NCBI RefSeq assembly: GCF_042666615.1
Contig: NZ_JBHTDD010000005.1
Span: forward strand, 80,997 to 144,996
Source: Plantactinospora sp. GCM10030261
Lineage (GTDB): Bacteria > Actinomycetota > Actinomycetes > Mycobacteriales > Micromonosporaceae
Length of the DNA: 64,000 nt
Reading direction: 5' to 3'
Shown: positions 58,033 through 64,000 of the stretch, in pieces
How positions within the stretch are numbered: the stretch's first letter is position 1
Layout: every line of letters starts with the position of its first letter
The notes under the pieces: generated by a model
What the model was told of the DNA's origin: nothing
Database searches by the model: none
What the model saw: only the letters and a program-made list of their open reading frames with translations
Made by a program: the position numbers and the translations under genes

Positions 58033-59733
58033 TTGTCTGCCACACCACCGCCGTCCGATGTGCAGCAGCCCACCGTGCCGCCAGCCGGTCCGGGCCCCAC
58101 CGTCCCGCCGGGGCCCCGGGGGGCGGTGAGCAGGTCGACCGGAGACGCCGGCAGGACAGTTCAGATCGTCGTCGGGCTGCTGCTGACGTTCCCGGCCGTC
58201 GGCGGCCTGCTCTGGTCGTACGTGCTGCCGACGATCAACACCGTGACGGAGAGCTTCGGGACGGAAGCCGACCCCCTCGGCCGATCCGTCGGGGCCTCGG
58301 GGGATGGAAACTACAAGCAAACGTTCGACAGCGGATTCGTCGGTGACGTCGGGTTCGCGCTGCTGCTCGCCATCGTCCCGCTGCTGCTGGCGCTGGTGGT
58401 CGCGCCGCTGCTGGCGCTGGCCGCCAGCCGGGCGGGCCGGATGGCCCGCCTGGCGACCCGGGCGCTGCTCGCCCTGCCGCTCGCCGCGTACGCGCCGCTC
58501 GCGGTGGCCGCGTCGTGGACCAGCCACCGTTTCGGCACCGACACCACGGCGTGGCGGGAGTCGCCGACAGCCACCTCGGTCCGCACGGTGGCGTTGCTTA
58601 CCGCTGGGCTGGTGGTGGCGGTGAGCGCCACGCTGTTCCTCAGCGTGCTGCGCCGTCCCGGCCGGAAGGGGCCGGCCCTGGCGGCTGTCGGAGGCGTGCT
58701 CGGCCTCGCCGTCGTCGCCGTGACGGTGCAGTCCTGGTCCTTGCAACTCCCCATGCTCGCCGGCGGATCGGACCACACCGGCCCGATGCCGACGGCCATC
58801 CTCGGCGGTGTTCGCGGCCTGGGGATGGGCGTCGGGGCGGCCGGAAGCACGCTGCTCCTCGCGCTGCTGGCGGTGCTCGGCCTCGCGGCGGTCGCTCTGC
58901 TGTTGCTCACCCGGACCCGGATCACCTTCACCGGATGGCGGGACCGGTCGGACGAGCCGGCTGGCGAGGACCGGAGCCCGGGGGCGCTCGCGCTGACCGC
59001 CGTCGGGCTGCTGGCGTTCGTCGGGGTGCTGGCGTACGTGTTTTCGCCCTGGTTGGGCGACCTGTTCGGCGATTCGGAACTGCCTTCCGGGCTGTCCACC
59101 GGCGAGATCCGGGCCAACACCTGGCTTCCGCCGCTGGTCTCGACGGTGGTCGGGGTGTCCCTCGCCGTCCTGGCGGGATTCGGCATCGGCGGCCTGCGTC
59201 CGCTCGGCCGGGCCAGCGAACTCCTCCTGTTGCCGTTCGCGCCGTGGCTCTTCGTGGGCGATGGCCCGCTCGCTCTCGCCCACTTCCAGCGGACGCAGGA
59301 GGCCGACCAGATCAGCACCTTCGCCGGTCTGGTGTCACCGGGCTGGTTGTGCATCCCCGCGCTTGTGGTGTTCACGCTCTTCTTCCGTGGGCAGCACGAA
59401 CGATGGACGGCCGGTGGTCGGTTCGCATCCACCATGCTGGTGCCGGCACTGCCGCTGGTGGCCGCCGCCGGGCTGCTCACGTGGCTGGTCAATGCCCAGG
59501 GCTGGCTCTGGTCGCAACTGGTCGTTACCGACATGGACCGCGCCCCGGCGAGCAACCTGCTCATGGCGGGGATAGCCCAGTTCGGCCAACGGCCCGAGCG
59601 GATGCGCGCGTTCATCGCCGAGGTGCTGCCGCTTCCGCTGTTGCTGTTCTTCCTGGTGGCATTCGTGGCAGCGCAGGTGTTCCTCCTCGACCGACTGGCC
59701 ATCCGAGCCGGCCGAACCGACCGCGACGCCTGA
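58033..59733 (+). CDS. Polytopic membrane protein (>=10 TM), Pro-rich N-terminal tail; function unknown
   Basis: Long ORF with strong coding bias and many hydrophobic helices; I recognised no catalytic motif. Confidence 0.55.
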   Translation: MSATPPPSDVQQPTVPPAGPGPTVPPGPRGAVSRSTGDAGRTVQIVVGLLLTFPAVGGLLWSYVLPTINTVTESFGTEADPLGRSVGASGDGNYKQTFDSGFVGDVGFALLLAIVPLLLALVVAPLLALAASRAGRMARLATRALLALPLAAYAPLAVAASWTSHRFGTDTTAWRESPTATSVRTVALLTAGLVVAVSATLFLSVLRRPGRKGPALAAVGGVLGLAVVAVTVQSWSLQLPMLAGGSDHTGPMPTAILGGVRGLGMGVGAAGSTLLLALLAVLGLAAVALLLLTRTRITFTGWRDRSDEPAGEDRSPGALALTAVGLLAFVGVLAYVFSPWLGDLFGDSELPSGLSTGEIRANTWLPPLVSTVVGVSLAVLAGFGIGGLRPLGRASELLLLPFAPWLFVGDGPLALAHFQRTQEADQISTFAGLVSPGWLCIPALVVFTLFFRGQHERWTAGGRFASTMLVPALPLVAAAGLLTWLVNAQGWLWSQLVVTDMDRAPASNLLMAGIAQFGQRPERMRAFIAEVLPLPLLLFFLVAFVAAQVFLLDRLAIRAGRTDRDA

Positions 59734-59835
59734 CCGGGGCCCGGACCTGCCCTGGGCCCAGCGGTCCGGACCTGTCCGGTCCGAGAGCGCGGACCCTCCG
59801 GCCCGGGGGCCGGGCGGGTCGGGGGTGCCGGACAA

Positions 59836-61268
59836 TGGTGGTCGTGACGACGATCCCGAACGTGCTCGCCGCCCGGTACGCCTCCGCCGAACTCGCCCAG
59901 CTCTGGTCGCCGGAGGAGAAGATTCGGCTGGAGCGCCGGCTCTGGCTCGCTGTGCTCCGCGCGCAGCGGGACCTGGGCGTGCCGGTGCCTGACGGGGTGG
60001 TCGAGGCGTACGAGCGGGTGCTGGAGACCGTCGACCTGGACTCGATCGCGGCGCGGGAGCGGGTCACCCGGCACGACGTCAAGGCGCGGATCGAGGAGTT
60101 CAGCGCGCTGGCCGGGCACGAGCAGATCCACAAGGGCATGACCTCGCGCGACCTGACCGAGAACGTCGAACAGCTCCAGGTACGCAGGTCGCTGGAGCTG
60201 GTCCGAGACCGCGTGGTGGCCACCCTCGCACGGCTGGCGCGGCTCGCCGTGGAGCATTCCGACCTGGTCATGACCGGGCGGTCGCACAACGTCGCCGCCC
60301 AGGCGACCACGCTGGGCAAGCGGTTCGCGTCGACCGCCGAGGAACTGCTCATCGGGTACGAACGACTGGCGGGCCTGATCGAGCGCTACCCGCTGCGCGG
60401 CATCAAGGGTCCGGTGGGGACCGCGGCCGACCAGCTCGACCTGTTCGACGGCGACGCCGGCAGGGTCGCGGAGTTGGAGCGGCGGGTGGCCGGTCACCTC
60501 GGCTTCACCCGGGTGCTGGACAGCGTGGGGCAGGTCTACCCGCGCTCGCTGGACTTCGACGTACTTTCGGCGCTGGCCCAGGCCGCCGCCGCGCCGTCGT
60601 CGCTGGCCACCACCATCCGGCTGATGGTGGGTCAGGAGCTGGCCACCGAGGGCTTCAAGCCGGGTCAGGTCGGGTCCAGCGCCATGCCGCACAAGATGAA
60701 CACCCGGTCCAGCGAGCGGGTGAACGGCCTTGCCGTGGTCATCCGGGGTTACCTGTCGATGGTCGGCGAGCTGGCCGGCGACCAGTGGAACGAGGGTGAT
60801 GTCTCCTGCTCGGTGGTTCGCCGGGTGGCACTGCCGGACGCGTTCTTCGCCGCCGACGGCCTGTTCCAGACCTTCCTCACCGTGCTTGACGAGTTCGGGG
60901 CGTACCCGGCGGTGATCGGGCGAGAGCTGGACCGGTACCTGCCGTTCCTGGCCACCACCAAGATCCTGGTGGCGGCGGTCCGGAGGGGGGTCGGCCGGGA
61001 GGTCGCGCACGAGGTGATCAAGGAGCACGCGGTCGCCGTGGCGCTTGGTATGCGGGAGAAGGGCGCCGCCGACAACGATCTGTTCGACCGGCTGGCGGCC
61101 GATGACCGGCTGAGGCTGAGCCGTGCTGAGATCGACGAACTGGTGGCCGACCGGTCGGCCTTCGTCGGCGCCGCCCCCGCCCAGGTGCGGGCGGTCGTCG
61201 AGCGGATGGCGGCGGTGGTCGACGCCCATCCCCGAGCGGCGGACTACCACCCCGCACCGATCCTCTAG
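59836..61268 (+). CDS. purB: Adenylosuccinate lyase
   Basis: 'IPNVLAARYASAELAQLWSPEEKIRLERRLWLAVLRAQRDLG' and fumarate-lyase signature 'GSSAMPHKMNTRSSE'. Confidence 0.9.
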
Positions 61269-61312
61269 CCGGTTCGGGCGGACCCATGGAAGGCGCACGC
61301 CGGAGCCACAAC

Positions 61313-61396
61313 TGAGCCAACCTGAGCCAAGATGATGCCATTCTGAGCCAAATACTGTTGCCATGGCGCCTTCCTGGTGCCATAGTGGTGCCATGG
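61313..61396 (+). promoter_or_regulatory. Two sets of phased direct repeats: TGAGCCAA x3 (61313, 61323, 61344) and GTGCCAT(G/A)G x3 (61358-61396) upstream of the RHH gene
   Basis: Seen directly. Spacing of 10/21 and 20/10 bp places the repeats on one helical face. The region is locally low in GC. Confidence 0.45.
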
Positions 61397-61914
61397 AACT
61401 GACGTCGTATGTACACGGCCTCGGCCGCGAGTTCGCCACCCTTGCCGAGGCCGGCGGCGACGAGGCGCGCGCGTTGATCGAGCGCCTGGCCGGGTCGCTC
61501 GATTCGGCCATCCGCATGACCCTGCTGGACGCACTGTCCGCCGCCGCCGACGAGATAACCCGCGACCTGGCTCCGGGCTCCGTGGAGCTGCGCCTGCGGG
61601 GGCGCGATCCGGAGTTCGTGGTGACGTCACCGCCCGCCGGACCGGTCGAGGGCGCCGCCGAGCACGCCACGGCGACGGCCGACGGAGAGCCGCTGATCGC
61701 CGAGGACGGCCCGGCCGTGCGGATCAACGTCCGGCTACCCGAGCAGCTGAAGGTGGCCGCCGAGGAGGCCGCGACCAGGGAGGGACGCTCGGTCAACGCC
61801 TGGCTGGTCCGAGCGGCCACCGCCGCCCTGGCGCGGTCCGACCGGGAGCAACGTCCCCAGCCGCGCGGCAGCTCGAAACGCGCCAAGCAGGGCTTCACCG
61901 GCTGGGTGCACTGA
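61393..61914 (+). CDS. Hypothetical protein with C-terminal ribbon-helix-helix (CopG/Arc-like) DNA-binding motif
   Basis: 'RINVRLPEQLKVAAEEAATREGRSVNAWLVRAATAAL' has the RHH strand-helix-helix pattern. The ORF is open from 61363, but the repeats favour the ATG at 61393 (MELTSYV...). Confidence 0.55.
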   Translation: MELTSYVHGLGREFATLAEAGGDEARALIERLAGSLDSAIRMTLLDALSAAADEITRDLAPGSVELRLRGRDPEFVVTSPPAGPVEGAAEHATATADGEPLIAEDGPAVRINVRLPEQLKVAAEEAATREGRSVNAWLVRAATAALARSDREQRPQPRGSSKRAKQGFTGWVH

Positions 61915-62022
61915 CCGCACCGCACACCGCATGACCACGCGCCGGACAACCACCGCGCCGTCGCGCATCGCGTCCCCCTGACCTGCGGGGACGACTCACC
62001 AACCGATGAATAGGGGACAACC

Positions 62023-62865
62023 ATGCCTGCTTACGAAACGCCGGGACCGATCTCCGTCATGATCGAACTTGGCGTCGCGCACGTCCGCGTCGCCGCGAGC
62101 GACCGGGCCAACACCGTCGTCGAGGTTCGACCGAGTGACGAGTCCGACGACTCCGACGTCCAGGCCGCCGCGCAGGTCCGGGTCGAGCACAGCGACGGCA
62201 CGCTGCGGATCACCGGCCCGAAGCGCACGTTCGACTTCTCCAGGAAGACCCGGTCGGTGGACGTTTCCATCGAGCTGCCAAGCGGTTCCTCGGTCTCCGC
62301 TCACCTGTTGATGGGCGACATTCGCGGTGCCGGCACGCTCGGCGTGTGCCGGCTCAAGACCACCGGCAACGTCTGGCTCGACCGGACTGGCCCGCTGCGC
62401 CTGCACACCGGGTTCGGGAACGTCACCGTCAACAGCGTCACGGGCGACGCTGAGGAGATCTCCACGGGCTCCGGCACGATCCAGGTTGGTGCGATCGAGG
62501 GCGCCGCGACGGTCAAGAACTCCAACGGCGACAGCACAATCGAGCTGGTCACCCACGACGTGCGGGTACGCAACGCCAACGGCGCCATCGACATCGAGCG
62601 CGTCGGCGCCGGCGTCGACGCGAAGACGTCCAACGGCAGCATCCGGCTCGGCGAGGTCACGCGAGGCTCGGCCACGCTCGAAACGGCGGCCGGCGACCTG
62701 GACATCGGCATCGCTCAGGGCACCGCCGCCTGGCTGGACCTGAACACCGGGTTCGGGCGCGTCCGCAACGAGCTGGAGAACGCCGCCGGACCGGGTGACA
62801 CGGCCCAGACCGTCGAGGTACGCGGTCGCACTTCCTACGGCGACATCACCATCCACCGTTCCTGA
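62023..62865 (+). CDS. DUF4097-family beta-strand-repeat protein (putative adhesin / LiaG-like)
   Basis: Repetitive beta-helix-like segments 'GDIRGAGTLGVCRLKTTGNVWLD', 'GNVTVNSVTGDAEEISTGSGTIQVG', 'SNGSIRLGEV...AAGDLDIGI'. Confidence 0.7.
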   Translation: MPAYETPGPISVMIELGVAHVRVAASDRANTVVEVRPSDESDDSDVQAAAQVRVEHSDGTLRITGPKRTFDFSRKTRSVDVSIELPSGSSVSAHLLMGDIRGAGTLGVCRLKTTGNVWLDRTGPLRLHTGFGNVTVNSVTGDAEEISTGSGTIQVGAIEGAATVKNSNGDSTIELVTHDVRVRNANGAIDIERVGAGVDAKTSNGSIRLGEVTRGSATLETAAGDLDIGIAQGTAAWLDLNTGFGRVRNELENAAGPGDTAQTVEVRGRTSYGDITIHRS

Positions 62866-63015
62866 TCCAGTTCCACCCGGTGCGCTGAAACCGGCGTGAA
62901 ACCGCGGCAAGTCCGGCGCCACGCACGATTTTCGAGCCGTGCCGGCACCGCCGCGGCAGGCCCCCGGGACGCACCGGGACCACCCGATACCTCGAACGAG
63001 AGAACGGATGACCAG

Positions 63016-63819
63016 ATGACATCCAGCGAGATCCAGGGAACCGCGATCCACGTGCGGGGCCTGGAGAAGTCGTACAAGGCGCTGAAGGTCCTGCGCGGAG
63101 TGGACTTCGACGTGGCGCGAGGCAGCATCTTCGCCCTGCTCGGCTCGAACGGGGCGGGCAAGACCACCGTCGTGAAGATCCTGTCCACGCTGCTCAAGGC
63201 CGACGCCGGGGAGGCCACCGTCAATGACTTCGATGTCGCCACGAAGGCGGCACAGGTGCGGGAGTCGATCAGCCTCACCGGGCAGTTCGCGGCCGTCGAC
63301 GAGGTGCTCAGCGGGCGGGAGAATCTGGTGCTGGTCGCCCGGCTGCGGCACCTCAGGGACCCGGGCGGGATCGCGGACGACCTGCTGAGGCGTTTCTCGC
63401 TCACCGACGCCGGCGCACGGAGGGTGTCGACGTACTCGGGTGGCATGCGCCGCCGTCTCGACATCGCGATGAGCCTCATCGGGAACCCACCTGTCATCTT
63501 CCTGGACGAGCCGACGACCGGGCTCGACCCGCAGGCGCGGATCGAGGTGTGGCAGGCCGTGCAGGAACTCGCCGGTCAGGGCACCACGGTGCTGCTCACG
63601 ACGCAGTACCTGGACGAGGCCGAGCAACTCGCCGACCGGATCGCGATCCTCCACGAGGGCCGGATCATCGTGAACGGCACCCTCGCCGAACTCAAGCAGC
63701 TCCTCCCACCCGCCAAGACCGAGTACGTCGAGAAACAGCCGACGCTGGAGGAGATCTTCTTCGCCATCGTCGGCGCAACCGGCATCGCCAGTGACCGCAC
63801 CATCGGCGCGGACAAGTAA
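63016..63819 (+). CDS. ABC transporter ATP-binding protein (DrrA/ABC-2 type)
   Basis: Walker A 'GSNGAGKTT', signature 'YSGGMRRRL', Walker B 'VIFLDEPTTGLD'. Confidence 0.9.
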   Translation: MTSSEIQGTAIHVRGLEKSYKALKVLRGVDFDVARGSIFALLGSNGAGKTTVVKILSTLLKADAGEATVNDFDVATKAAQVRESISLTGQFAAVDEVLSGRENLVLVARLRHLRDPGGIADDLLRRFSLTDAGARRVSTYSGGMRRRLDIAMSLIGNPPVIFLDEPTTGLDPQARIEVWQAVQELAGQGTTVLLTTQYLDEAEQLADRIAILHEGRIIVNGTLAELKQLLPPAKTEYVEKQPTLEEIFFAIVGATGIASDRTIGADK

Positions 63820-63832
63820 AGGAACAGCAACG

Positions 63833-64000
63833 ATGACAAAGCACTTCCTCGGCGACACCGTCGTCCTGCTGGGCCGCTCCCTGACGCACGTCACCCGCAG
63901 CGTGGACACCATCATCACGACCGCGATCACGCCGATCGCCATGCTGCTGCTGTTCGTCTACGTACTCGGCGGCGCGATCGACGCGGGATCGGACTCGTAC
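63833..64000 (+). CDS. ABC-2 type transporter permease, N-terminal fragment (continues past window end)
   Basis: ATG at 63833, 14 nt after the ABC ATPase stop; 'ITTAITPIAMLLLFVYVLGGAI' first TM helix. Confidence 0.6.
   Translation, partial: MTKHFLGDTVVLLGRSLTHVTRSVDTIITTAITPIAMLLLFVYVLGGAIDAGSDSY

Noticed and set aside
58311-62024. 1237-aa minus-strand ORF spanning the membrane protein, purB and RHH genes
   Set aside because: It overlaps three well-supported plus-strand genes, including unmistakable purB. The composition is Ala/Arg/Ser/Pro-rich with no motifs.

Overview
This is a high-GC (roughly 70%+) actinobacterial chromosomal segment. Its codon bias and mycobacteria-like synteny fit Micromonosporaceae or a related family, but I cannot confirm the organism without a search. 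Core housekeeping genes run through the window: the clpB 3' end, pyrE, fba, purA, purD and purB. The window also holds a conserved six-gene DUF4178/DUF2617/DUF4247/DUF350/speE-like operon, an htdX-fabG4-fadA2-like lipid cluster and a fadD/ACAD/SCP2 operon. Between these sit several accessory or regulatory modules. The most interesting are listed here.
(1) A co-directional NfeD(YqiJ)-like, flotillin and 1763-aa giant protein cassette (30177-38298). The giant protein has repeat-rich linkers and a single C-terminal MoxR-like AAA+ domain, and is followed directly by an ECF sigma/anti-sigma pair. I could not tie it to a characterised system.
(2) A Hen1-Pnkp RNA-repair cassette (11296-15352).
(3) A family of composite C-tract/hairpin/G-tract palindromic repeats showing compensatory base changes. 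Two copies bracket a DUF559 gene inserted between purA and purD.
(4) soxR with a candidate SoxR box and a divergent DsbA-like, frameshifted quinone reductase and MFS operon.
(5) A low-GC 28-bp perfect inverted repeat structure between soxR and fadD.
(6) A degenerate, split histidine kinase next to an intact NarL-type response regulator.
(7) A ribbon-helix-helix protein preceded by phased direct repeats.
No rRNA, tRNA or CRISPR arrays were found. Many long antisense ORFs in the six-frame track are high-GC artefacts and were rejected.
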